From positions 83,762,001 through 83,826,000 of the forward strand of contig OX597827.1 of the NCBI GenBank assembly GCA_951406725.2: a DNA stretch of 64,000 nt, written 5' to 3'. The translations under genes were made by a program, and so were the position numbers. The notes under the pieces are model-generated. The model searched no databases, was not told the origin of the DNA, and saw only the letters and a program-made list of their open reading frames with translations. The stretch is from Octopus vulgaris (Eukaryota). This document shows, one piece after another, positions 41,289 through 54,017 of this stretch; within the stretch, counting starts at the first letter, position 1, and every line of letters begins with the position of its first letter.

Positions 41289-42581
41289 TGAGGGACGTTC
41301 ATAAAGTAATGCCCCTGACCCACTTGCAGTTGTTTGATCTAGCTGAAATTTTGCGTGTGAAATTATTTATATCTCTATAGAGTAGGTGGCAAATTACAGC
41401 TCTGAGCCAATTGTGGTTTCTGATTTACAGGTGTTTGAACTGAGTCAAGTGTGAAATGGAACCTGTTGAGTGTCGAGCAGTGATCCGGTTTTTGTATTTG
41501 AAAGGACGCACACCACGGGAGACTTTTGATGAAATGAAAGTAACTTATGGTGATGATGCCCCATCATATGACCTTGTAAAACGCTGGCATTGTGAATTCA
41601 AACATGGTCGGAACTCTGTGGAAACAGCTCCCAGATCTGGTCGCCCCCCTTCTGCCATTGATGAGCCATCTGTCCGTCAAGTTCAGGCTACCATTTTGGA
41701 AGATCGACGCATAACTATTCGCCAAATAGCCCATGAGGTCAAGATTAGTACCGGGTCTGTGGAAACTATCATTCATGACCATTTGCATATGCAAAAGGTG
41801 TCTGCCAGATGGATTCCCAGGTTGCTCACAACTTTCCAGAGGCAAGAACGCGTCGAGTGCTCGAAGATGAACTTGGAGATGTGCCAAGAAGATGAGTCAA
41901 CATTTTTCAAAAGACTGATTACATAGGATGAAACCTGGGTTCATCACTATGATCCAGAGACCAAAGCCCAGTCAATGCAGTGGAAGCACCGTGACTCACC
42001 TCCTCCAAAGAAGGCAAGGGTGCAGCCCTCCGCTGGCAAGGTCATGCTCACAGTCTTCTGAAACCAGGACGGAGTAGTGATGACAGATTTCCTGGCAAAG
42101 GGTACCACAATTACAGGAGCCTATTATGCTTCACTTTTGAGGAAATTAAGAGAAGCTATCAAAATCAAGAGGCGGGGCAAGATCAGCAAAGGCATCCTCC
42201 TCCTGCAGGACAACGCTCCGGTCCACAACTCGTGTGTCGCCAGATCAGAAGCACAGGCGTGCGGCTATGAACTTCTCTCCCATCCCCTCTACTCTCCTGA
42301 CCTTGCACCCTCTGATTTTCACCTCTTTCCAGCTATGAAGTTGTTTTTGAAAGGAAAGCGTTTCCCAGATGATGCAACCTTGATTTCTGAAGTCACGTCG
42401 TGGTTGGAGGACCAAGCTGGGGTCTTCTTTAAAAACGATCTCCAGCGCTGCATCAAACGATGGGAGAAATATGTAACTCTGGGTGGTTCCTATGTAGAAA
42501 AAGACTAATAACTGTACCAAGTTTCGTTGCTCTACTGCTATGGGAAGTGGGTCAGGGGCATTACTTATTGAACGCCCCTCG
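41289..42581 (+). mobile_element. Full-length mariner transposon (1293 bp) with TA target-site duplication
   Basis: TIRs TGAGGGACGTTCATAAAGTAATGCCCCTGACCCACTT / AAGTGGGTCAGGGGCATTACTTATTGAACGCCCCTCG; TA at 41287-41288 and 42582-42583. Confidence 0.96.
41456..42508 (+). pseudogene. Mariner D,D34D transposase (350 codons, two in-frame stops), irritans/Himar1-like by motif resemblance
   Basis: One frame from 41456 to 42508 with RSGRP, WIPR, DETWVHHY, QDNAPVH and YSPDLAPSDF (34 residues between the last two catalytic D). Stops: TAG 41924-41926 and TGA 42059-42061. Confidence 0.95.
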
Positions 42582-43313
42582 TACATATACATACACACAC
42601 GTTCATCCATCCATATATATATATATATATATATATCAATGTAAGCACCCACACTGCTCTACAATCTCCTTTACTAACACACAAACACTCTCCTATTTAT
42701 TATCTCTCCTTGCTTTGCTCTCTGTCTGTTATGATACAACTCCCCCAATCCTTCTTTCACAGTCTGTTTCACCTCTGGAATTTTTCCACTGGATTTTACC
42801 ACTTCACCATCTTAGAACTCTCTCCTACCATATAACAAAGTGCACACACACTTATATACATACGCATATATATATGCACATGCAGACACACACACACACT
42901 GGCATACACATATGCACACGTCTGATTATAATGATAATAAAGTCATGTGTTAATCCATTTTCTATTCAGTTTATCCCATTATTGCAGAATACGTAGGTGT
43001 TGGGGGCAGTGAACGGAGTGACTTATCTAAGCCTTAAATCCTTTAATACCTCAGGTTATTTCACAGAGATCAGAGCATCTCTGATCTCTGCTCACTGTTT
43101 TATGGTTTATGAACAGCAAAAATATATTTGTTGTTGGTGATAAAACACTTTACAGCAGTTAAGTGGGGACTTGAGGGGAATTAACAAATATTATTGCCAA
43201 GAATATAACACATTAATATCACTCATGTCAACTTTCTTTTAGATGGCTACGGGCAATGCCCTGCTCACATTGTGTAGAATAACAAAAGGAAGAGAGGAAG
43301 GAAGGTGACTTAC

Positions 43314-43392
43314 CTTTGGCGAGGCACAGTGCCAATAGATGGCACCACTGTAGTATATAGGGAATCCAGAATATTTTTTTCTGAAGATCCAT
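43314..43392 (-). CDS. Probable first coding exon of a secreted or membrane protein (signal peptide MDLQKKIFWIPYILQWCHLLALCLAK); exon 43314-43410
   Basis: Acceptor TTTTTCTTTCTAATTCAG before 43410, consensus donor AAG|GTAAGT after 43314, ATG at 43392, basic then hydrophobic segment ending CLA, phase-1 intron. Lies in non-repetitive DNA. Confidence 0.65.
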
Positions 43393-44200
43393 TCTGGTCA
43401 ATGTAGTAATCTGAATTAGAAAGAAAAAACATTTGAATCACAACTGCGAATATATGATTTTATGATAAAGATTTGTAAGAATCAAGGCACATTAGCTTGT
43501 AGGATGCCAGAAATGGCTAGGTACAATAACACAGAGCTCACTTTGAAATAAACAACATTGAAGAAAGACATCAAGTGTTGGTAGAATACGGGGGACATGC
43601 CAGTACCAGATCCAATTTAAACTGTAGATCCAACCGAGGGGTGGTTTCAAAGTGTAGTGTAGGTATAAAAAGTAAATGCAAATAGAGTTTAAATTTTGCT
43701 ACAGCTGTTTTGGTAGAATTTTATTTGTTTAATGAAGTCATAAAAGATTACATTATGATATAAAATCCACCATCATCAGATAAGGTTTTAAACAGGTAGG
43801 CTTTCAAACCTTGACCTGGACATAGTCAACATTCTTTCTTGCATAACCTTGGTTATCTTTTTTATTGAAATACATGCCATTGGCCACTATCAGTTATTTC
43901 TCTCTCTCTCTCACACACACATATATATTTATATTGTTTATGCCATAAGAATTTAGAAACTGAGAGATTTGACCATGGAACTTGAAGTAGATAAAGCAAG
44001 AAACAAAGTAAATGTAAATATTGGATTAACAAACCCTTTGGGAAGCCTTCAATGGCTTTGAAGCCCAATATATACATTTACGTACTATTATTTATAGCTT
44101 TATCTACTTTGAGTTCCACAGTCAAAATTCAATTACATCTATCTATCTATTGATGTACACACACACATATATATATGTATATATACCCTAAAGCTACCAA

Positions 44201-44395
44201 TTGTTTTATGTGAAAATATCTTCACAATTGTTCAAGCATGTCATGTGGAAGTGTTGGTACTCATCTCTATTTTGAACAGGAATACGTGAAGTTACACGAG
44301 AGTGAACAGGATTCCTATTCCCAAATGAAAATGAATACCAACACTTCCATGCGGTATGCTTGAGAAATTGTGAAAATCTCTTCCCATGAAAACAA
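44201..44395. repeat. Imperfect fold-back (about 85-bp arms), MITE-like or head-to-head repeat
   Basis: TTCACAATTGTTCAAGCAT..TGGAAGTGTTGGTACTCAT is mirrored by ATGAATACCAACACTTCCA..ATGCTTGAGAAATTGTGAA. Confidence 0.75.
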
Positions 44396-46897
44396 AGGAC
44401 AGGTCCCAACACCACATCAGTTTAATACCTGCAGCAGGGAAGACATTCATTTGTACAAACTATTATTGGAACATTATGAAAATGTCCAAACTGTGGCAAA
44501 CCATCCTACCTGTGTTGCCATGGAAACATGGTTCTAACACTAACACAGTACCCCACCTTCACCCAACATTCCTTTCAAACCCCCAATCTATGTTATTTTC
44601 TCTCATTCCTTTCGTAACATGGTGTGGGATGCAAACGTTCTCTTCTTTTTTTTTTACAATATTTATTCCAGTTCTGTTGGAAAATTGATGTACAAACACC
44701 TACATTGCATATATATATATATATATATACATACACACACACATAGATACATATATACACACACACGAACACATATAAACATATATACACACATACATGT
44801 ATATATATACACACACATATATCCTTTATTTGTAGATTTTGTACATGCACATATATACACACACACACACACACGCCCACATATAAACCAATATACACAT
44901 ACATACAAACGACCAACATCTCCTCCTCCTCCTCCCAACCAACCCCATCAACCTGTGATCCAATATTTGCCTGGTAAATCTAATCTTCATTATTCTAACA
45001 CAAACATTGCTCCACCTTCAACTTCCCCGCCACCCTCACTACCATCAGATCTTGATTAAACTTCTTCCACCATTACAACAACAACAAGAACAGTAACACC
45101 CAATAAAATACAATGCAAAAAATTTAATAAAGTTTTTTTCCTTTTCATTTTCATGAGATGTTGCTCTGTATGTGTGTTTACACGCACCTGTGTGTTTCTA
45201 TGAATATTTGAATATTTACTTGGGTCTTTTGGACATGAAAGTATATTTACCTATTGGTGCATCTATACACACACACACACACACTACAAGTATGTAGATA
45301 CTGCTAGATAAGTCTATGCATACACATGCATATTTATTTATACAGATCACAAGCATATAGAAATACCTGTGTGTGTGTGTACAGACATCCATATCCATGT
45401 AAATGCACACTATTACACACACACAAACACACATGTTGCTAGTACAATGCAAGTCAGTACAGGTAACAAGTATGGAAGAGTGTTGTGGCAATAAATGTTG
45501 TGAGCTTGTTAAGGGTTTCCATACTTCATTGGAAAAGTGGGTGTGGCAGAGTAGAGCAGGGTTGGGTGGGAGAGAAAACCCATTATCTCTTTGTAAATAA
45601 GGCTTATGGAGTTATTTTAGGGAAGAAGTTTGGGTGAAGGGAGGATAGGGTGTAGCAAGGGGCTGTGTGTAGAGGAGACAGAAGCATGCAGTGGTGTGAG
45701 GACATGACTGTAGATTGGTTGTGGTAGTGTTGGTAATATATCAGTGTATGATAGCAGCAGCAGCGTGGTTGTAGGCGAGTGATGGTCATGTCAGTATTGG
45801 CTGCAGTCAGAAGGATGGAGAGACAAACCACCAAACCAGATCCAATCTTATCCGGCTGTCTTGGTCTCTATTGCTGGAATATTGCACTCAGCTGGTCTCA
45901 TTGTAGTTGTGTCCCTTGCTTGTTATCTTTAGATTTTTAACACATCTGGTCAACACTTTCCAACCTCACTATATTACATATGTGAAATGACTGTGTGCGT
46001 GCATGTGTGTGCTTAGAAGGGGATGCAAGGGAATGGAACAGGGATGTATAAAGAATATAATATATAAAGGTGATGAAAGAGGACGTGTGTGTGTGCATAC
46101 ATGTACATATGAACAATGTGTATATAGAGATGAGAGAGAGAGGGTGAGAAAGAGAGAGCATTAGAGCACGTAATATATCCAAACGCTGGAGGCATACATC
46201 TGTCTCGTTATGTCTACATTGAAACATACATGTGTAATTAGTTAGAAATGTGTATAAAATAGCTGTGAATCTGTGTGAGAGTGTGTGTGTTTGCAGCAAG
46301 AAACTAGAATGAATATATATAGAAAACTGTGCATTTTATATATGTGTGTGTGTGTGTATGTATATATATATATATATATATGTTATATATATACATACAT
46401 ATACACACATATGAATAAATATACATGCATACATATATGTGTATATGTGCATGTATTTGTGTGTATGCTTGCAACAAGAAATCCAAGTGTGTGTGTGCAT
46501 GTATATGTTGGTATATGTATCAATATATATTTTGATGCAATTATATGTATATAGATATAAATCTGTATCTATCAATCTATTTATCTATATAGGAGTGGTT
46601 GTGTGGTAAGTAGCTTGCTTACCAACCACATGGTTCCAGGTTCAGTCCCACTGCGTGGCACTTTGGGCAAGTATGTTCTACTACAGCCTTGGGCCGACCA
46701 AAGCTTTGTGAATGAATTTGGTAGATGGAAACTGAAAGAAGCCCGTTGTATGCTTGAAATGTGGAGTAGATGAACAACTGATGAAGGGTCGTTCTGTATG
46801 TTGTCTTGTTTTCCATTTTTGTTTTTCTTGTTCGCATTTCCAAGTTTGCCTTCGTATTTCATGTTGTCTATGTTTTGTGATGTCCTGTACCCATATA

Positions 46898-46937
<40 letters not shown>

Positions 46938-46965
46938 TATGTAAGTATGTACATATATGTATCTA

Positions 46966-47004
<39 letters not shown>

Positions 47005-47282
47005 TATATATAGGCGCAGGACTGGCTGTGTGGTAAGTAGCTTGCTTACCAACCACATGGTTCCGAGTTCAGTTCCACTGTGTGGCACTTTGGGCAAGTG
47101 TCTTCTACTATAGCCTCGGGCCAACCAAAGCCTTGTGAGTGGATTTGGTAGACGGAAACTAAAAGAAGCCTGTCGTATATATGTATATATATGTGTACAA
47201 CCTAGAAAGTTTATGTCTGACAAACAAACCTTCACTGAATAACCGAATGACAGTCCAGTCATTTATAACACAGGCACACACA

Positions 47283-47600
47283 TCAGTAACAAGTGGTTGA
47301 GCTTGTTTGGACATTTATTATTTGCCATCCATTATTTGAGGGAAGTCTTAAGAGAAGCCTCCAGTGTTGATCCACATATGTTGTGTTTGGATGACCCATT
47401 ATAGTATGGCTATGCTTTGGCATCCATAGCAGTAGGTCACTTGCTGGCTCTTCTTTAGCTTGCCAGCAATGTCCTGCAAAGTGCAAGTACCTTTCCTGTA
47501 TAATGGTGGAAACAGGCAGCAGATCTCTATACAGCTGTTTTTGGGTGGGATGAGTTCTCCAAGATATGTGTGTAGATCGCTCTTAAAAAGAGCAGTCTAC
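47283..47600 (-). pseudogene. 3' fragment of a second RTE-type LINE family
   Basis: ORF 47283-47486 HFAGHCWQAKEEPASDLLLWMPKHSH..GHPNTTYVDQ resembles the RTE C-terminal motif R.AGHC.R..E....LLLW.P..G....GRP..TY.D. Confidence 0.7.
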
Positions 47601-48542
47601 ACACATATATACAGATATTATAATTATCATATTGACTTTGCCTTTCGTCCTTTTGGGGTTGATAAAATAAGTACCACTCAAGCACTGGTGTTAATGTGAA
47701 CTAATAACTCTTCCCCCAAATTTCAGGCCTTGTGCATAGAGGAGTTATCTCCCTCCTCCTGAAATAGCTGACCTTGAGCCAAATTTAAACCCATCATCAT
47801 TATTATTATTTGATGCAAACTCACAGCTTATTTTGCTGGGTATGGTGGAAAGTGTCAGCTGCCCACAGCCAGCAGACTAAGGTGACACTTGTTTCCTGGT
47901 CACGCTTCAAAAACCCAGCAAAGAATTCTTGCAGTTCCAAGCAATGCTGATCTTCGTAGGTGTTCTACCAGCACACTTGCACCAACCTTTATCAATTACT
48001 ATTATCATTATTGTTGTTATTATTATTATTATTATTTTCATCTTCATGTCCTGTGTTCAAATTCTGCTGTGGTTGACCTTGAGTACTGAGGTTGATGTAA
48101 TTCACTATCTTTCTCCCTCAAATTTCAAGCCTTGTGCCTATAGTAGAAAGGATTATTATTATTATCATTATTATTATTATTTACTTCTCTACAGGTGCAT
48201 AACACTGTTAGATATAACAGTCAAATTTCCCTCAAATGACACCCTATCTTCTTAAAGCAGAATCCACCATTCATATCTCCTAACTTTATATGGATACTCT
48301 ACATTGCACTTCGTTGTAATTGATTAGTCTGTGGGCTGATAGCCGAGTCCATCAGTGGAGCTTATTGTGACAGCAGCAAGATTCTCTGAACCCATATCTT
48401 AAACTACTCAGGTGTGACAGTGTGGTAAGACGTTTGCTTCTCAACCAAATGGGTTCTAGGTTCAGTCAACAGCATGGCAACTTGGAAGTGTCATCTACTA
48501 GAGCCTTGGGAGAGGATTTGGTAGACGGAAACTGAAAGAAGC

Positions 48543-48586
<44 letters not shown>

Positions 48587-48593
48587 TACACAG

Positions 48594-48750
48594 AGGAGTG
48601 GCTGTGTGGTAAATAGCTTGCTTACCAACCACATGGTTCTGGGATCAGTCCCACTGTGTGGCACATTGAGCAAGTGTCTTCTGCTATAGCCTTGGGCTGA
48701 CCAAAGCCTCGTGAGTGGATTTGGTAGATGGAAACTGAAAGAAACCCGTC

Positions 48751-48809
<59 letters not shown>

Positions 48810-49003
48810 TATATATACATATGTATGTATGCATGCATGTATTTGTGTGTCTATGTTTGTTCCTCACTCCTATCACTTGACAACCAATGTTGGTGTGTTT
48901 ACGTTTCCGTAACTTAGCAGTACTAAGCTTACAAAGAATAAGTCCTAGGGTCGATTTGTTTAACTAAAGGCAGTGCTCCAGCATGGCTGAAACAAGTAAA
49001 AGA
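48594..49003 (+). mobile_element. Bipartite tRNA-like SINE
   Basis: Homologous to 38301-38697. Confidence 0.8.
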
Positions 49004-49203
49004 CTATAGATAAACATGTGTGTGTCTTTGTGTCCATAACTTAGTGGTTAGGTGAAAGAGACTGATAGAAAAAGTATCAAGCTTATAAAAAATAAGTACA
49101 AGGATTGATTTGTTCAACTAAGATTCTTCAAGGTGGTGCCCTAGCTTGGCCTCAGTCTAATGAATAAAATAAGTAAAAGGTAACAAATATATATCTATCT
49201 GCC

Positions 49204-49252
<49 letters not shown>

Positions 49253-49846
49253 ACATCTAGTTTTCTGTCTGTGTCTCAGTCAGCCTCTCTGCTTATATTT
49301 GTCTGTCTGTCTGTCTGTCTGTCTATCTGTCTATCTCTCTATCTATCTATCTATCCATCTTACCCTATCCACCTTCCTACCTATCTATCTACCTTTCTAT
49401 CTATGTGTGTATGTCTATGCATCTGTGTCTCTGGATCTATCTTATCCATCCATCCAGCTGCCTGCCTGCCTGTCTGTCTCATATTCCATCAATCTCTGTC
49501 AATCCCACCACCTTCGCCAACACCCCCACCACAGACATAAACAGTCTTATAGAGAGGCAAATTTGAAAATGCTGAAAGGAGCCCTTATATAGGGGTCATT
49601 TGTAAGTGGTAGACTGGCTTGAAAGGGGTCAGTAATGAAGGTTAAAAAGGGAGGAGGCTGCAGGGAGACAGGGTCACTGAGTACCATGGCAACTGGACAC
49701 TAAGCAACTTATCAATCATACAGCAGCACAGGAAAGTGTATGCATGGGTGGGTGGGTGGTTTCTGTATATACACACACATTAAGACTGATATATTTAAAC
49801 TAATTTGAAGTGACAAGCATTAATTCGCATGGATGCACATACATAC

Positions 49847-49920
<74 letters not shown>

Positions 49921-49926
49921 GTATAC

Positions 49927-49967
<41 letters not shown>

Positions 49968-50400
49968 TTTATGTATATATGCCTTTTACGAAGAGGAAAA
50001 GAAAATTCTTGAAAGATATGGAAAGGTTTCTTATACACAAGAAATATTTGAACTTTCAAAATGGGAAGCTGAGAAACAGAAGTTGGGATGTTCATGCCTT
50101 TTCTACATAAGTGTATATCTACCTATCCACATGTACATGTAGATCTACTTGTATGCATATGGTCTAAATCAGTCAGTCTGTCTGTCCATCTCCCTCCATG
50201 TGCACATGTTATCTATGCAACCCTTAATCAATAATAGTATTTTTAATTAATAAACTTTAATGAAATAAGGAATTACTTATGTGGAATCAAGTCAACTATT
50301 CATTCTACAAAGGTGGCTGTCACTTCAAAGTTTTACCAAAGCAGGTTTTTGAAATAGAGATTTATAATATAGTATAAATACACATGATAGATAGATAGAT

Positions 50401-50456
<56 letters not shown>

Positions 50457-51039
50457 GAGAGAGAGGGGGGGAGGTAAACTGGTTCCAAAGGCTGGAATAA
50501 CTGAAGAAAAAGTTAAAACCAAACAAGAACCTACAGGCAAAGCTTCTTATATATTGAAACCAATCGTTTCCTGGCCATTTTTATTGTTTTTTTAAGGAAT
50601 ATCTTATCAAAATATCAATGGGATGGTGGCCTGGATTGGCTCAATAGTCAGTACAAACAACTCCCACAGAATGGTCCCAGTTAGGTTTCCATGAACAATA
50701 AGGGCAGATCTAATGTTTTAGTCAATATTTTTAATATCGATAAAAAAACCTCAAAAAAACCTGATTCCATTTCCTAGAATGGTTCTATGCAAAATGGTTG
50801 TCAGTCTTCAGTTTCAAAATCTGCACATAGCTTATCTATATTATTTCACTAGTTAATGTCATTGGACAGTGGCCATGCTGGGGTACCACATCCGATGGTT
50901 TAGTCAATCATAGAAACCTAATCCATATTTCTCGAACAATTATTTTATTGATCTCAAGTGAATGTCTAAGTGACCTTTTGACATAAAGGAATGCAATTGG
51001 CTGCAACCAATGTAATACATACATATATATCTACAAATA

Positions 51040-51203
<164 letters not shown>

Positions 51204-51316
51204 CATCATCATCATCATCATCGTTTAACGTCCGTTCTCCATGCTAGCATGGGTTGGACGGTTCGACCGGGGTTCTGGGAAGCCAGAAGGCTGCACCAGG
51301 CTCCAGTCTAATCTGG

Positions 51317-51373
<57 letters not shown>

Positions 51374-51559
51374 CGTTATTCAAATACATCTGTTTGTTTT
51401 GTACACCACCTATCTTCGTCTTTTGTTTTTTTCGTAAGCTCTCCCTATATTTATATATGATATATATAAATATATATTCAGTTGTTTCACATCAAATGTC
51501 GCATTTTCAATTACTTGTTATTTCAGACATTTAAAAACTCAATTATGTATACTTTGCAT

Positions 51560-52600
51560 TTAATCTTGACTTTTTCTTTCCCAACAATCTTGGTATACAA
51601 AATTCGTACCCACAGACCTTATGGAAATGATAACAACCAAACTACATTGAGTGATTTTCTTGTATGTGTAGAAACTGGGTCACTCTGCCACAGAGGCTCT
51701 ATGGAATATCGAGTGGGCCTTTGGTAATGGTTTTGTTGACATCAGAACTGTTCAGAGATGGTTCCAAAGCTCGCGTTCAGGAGACGATAGCCTTGAAAAT
51801 AAACCAAGGAGTAGGCCAAAATCAGTTATTCAGCATGATGGATTAAATGCTTTGGTTGAACAAAATCTGAGAACAAAGGTTTGAAAACTTTCATCAGAAC
51901 TCCAGACATCTCGCACAACTGTTTTTGGACACTTGTAAAAAATTGGAAAAGTCAAGAAAATGGATAGGTTTGTTCCACATCAACCGAACAAGATTAAAAA
52001 AAAACAGATGCCTTGAAGTGTGCTCCTTATTGCTTTCTCAACTGGAAAAAGACCATTTTTGCATCAAGTCATTACTTGATGAACAGCAGAACAGGACAGT
52101 GATTAGATGCAGGAGAGTCACCTAAAACCCACCATTGCACCCTAAAAAGTTAGTGGTCACTGTATGGTGGTCTGCAAAGGGAGTTATTCATTATTCATTT
52201 TTGAAACAAGGAAAAATGGTAACAGCAACATCATATTGCCAGGAAATTGATTGTATTGCATGAGAATTTGAAAAAAAGCAACCCAGGCTAGTGGATCGAG
52301 ATGGTCCAATTTTGCTCCACAACAATGCCCATCCTCACACTCCTCAAGCTATGATCCAAAAGTTCCAAAGCCTGAACTATAAGATTTTGCAACATCCTCC
52401 CTATCCCCCTGATATCTCTCCTAATGGTCATCACTCATTTAAGCATTTTGGGCTTTTCATAAGCAATAAAACATTCTTAAATAGAGAAGAGGTAACTGAA
52501 GCATTTGGACAGTTTATCACAGCAAAAGTTGAATTTTTTTTTATAGATGAATGGGGTGATTGTTTACATTTTCTGTTCGTCAGCTGTTACAAAGGGCGAC
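51560..52600 (+). pseudogene. Heavily decayed mariner transposase (second family)
   Basis: Remnants VQRWFQ..RSGDDSLENKPRSRPK, LHPKKLVVTVWWSAKGVIHY, GPILLHNNAHPH and HPPYPPDISP; many stops and frameshifts. TIRs not identified. Confidence 0.8.
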
Positions 52601-52880
52601 TGGTGCCTGCCCGCTAAGTTTGCTGTTATTTTAATATAATCTTACTATTAATCCAGCTCCCCAAACATACATCTAAGTATCAGTAGAAAACACTGTGCTG
52701 TAGAACCATAGGATCCATGTGTGTGTTTCACGGTGTTCTCCATTGACACTGCTGCTCTAAACCACAAGGAATTAAAGTTCAGATTTTATACAAGGTATAT
52801 ATAAGACAAGCCCTTGTTTTGGGGTGATTTTTTAAAGTTCAAATTTCATTATTGTACACCGGTGTATGTGTATGTGTGTG

Positions 52881-52922
<42 letters not shown>

Positions 52923-52924
<2 letters not shown>

Positions 52925-53038
52925 GTTGTGTCTGGAGAGAGTCATTCTCTTTTAGTGTCTTATAATTCAACACACTCACCAGTGAGTGTGTTAAATTATA
53001 AAGCACCAAAAGAGAATGACTCTCCCCAGACACAACAG
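52923..53038. repeat. 116-bp near-palindrome with a 2-nt centre
   Basis: CTGTTGTGTCTGGAGAGAGTCATTCTCTTTT...ACACACTCAC|CA|GTGAGTGTGT...AAAAGAGAATGACTCTCCCCAGACACAACAG. Confidence 0.9.
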
Positions 53039-54017
53039 AATATGCTTCAACACACGAACTCACATAAAGAATCTTGCAAACCAAATCCAGAAACGAAATA
53101 TGTATATATATATATTTTGTGCAGTAGAATACCCTGAATTACTAGGAGGTGGATTATACCGGGATGACATTCTATTCTTAGTTAGGAACACTTCTAATAG
53201 AGGTTAATGTTTACAAGTACACTGGCACGAAAAATTGACCGTTTTTTAAAAAAATATTTTTTCAGTGGATTCCTTTTTTCGATGATTTTCACTAAAAAAA
53301 AAACCCTCGGATTTTTTGTATGGAATCAAGTACCCTGACCGCCTAACATGCTGCATATCCCTTATTTTGGTTTGGAAAAAAAGAGGGGGGATGAATTCCT
53401 GTGACATCTTAATACACTACAAAACCCCTTTTGGGGTCCGAAAAACGGAGTGGGGTGAGGTGGAAGCCTCGAAAATTTCACCCACCCCACCTCCATTGAT
53501 CTTTTCAGGGTTAGGGTTTTAGGTTTAGGGTTAGTGTTAGGGAAATCCGTCCTGGATTCATTGGAAATTTCTTTTTTTCCTAAGTGAAAATAGTGCTGGT
53601 GAAAATGGGGGTAGGGGTGGGTGAAATTTCCGAGGCTTCCACCTCACCGTACTCCGTTTTTCGGACCTCAAAAAGGGTTTTGTAGTATATTAGGATGTCA
53701 CAGGGGTTCACTCAACGAAAAAAAAAAAACCCCCAATGAATCCGGGACTGGGAAGGGGGGAGGCTTTCCCGAACCAAAATAAGGGATTTGCAGTAATATT
53801 AGGACGTCAGGGCACTTGATTCCACGCAAAAAAAATCCGAGTTTTTTTTTCTTAGTGAAAATCGTGTGGGTGTTACTCTGAAAAATTGCCGGAAATTCTG
53901 AATATGCCAAAAGCCATTTTTTACAAAATTTTTAATACCCCCCCCTCCGTACCCGAAGATTTTAAATTTTAACTTTTTTTCAATTTTTCTTTTCAATCGA
54001 CGCGGAAAAATATGGCA

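Noticed and set aside
46591-49003. Recurring repeats resembling a CRISPR array
   Set aside because: Irregularly spaced SINE copies in eukaryotic DNA; no constant repeat-spacer period and no cas genes.
53507-53542. Interstitial telomere or chromosome fusion site
   Set aside because: Only a few degenerate units, lying inside a transposon hairpin.
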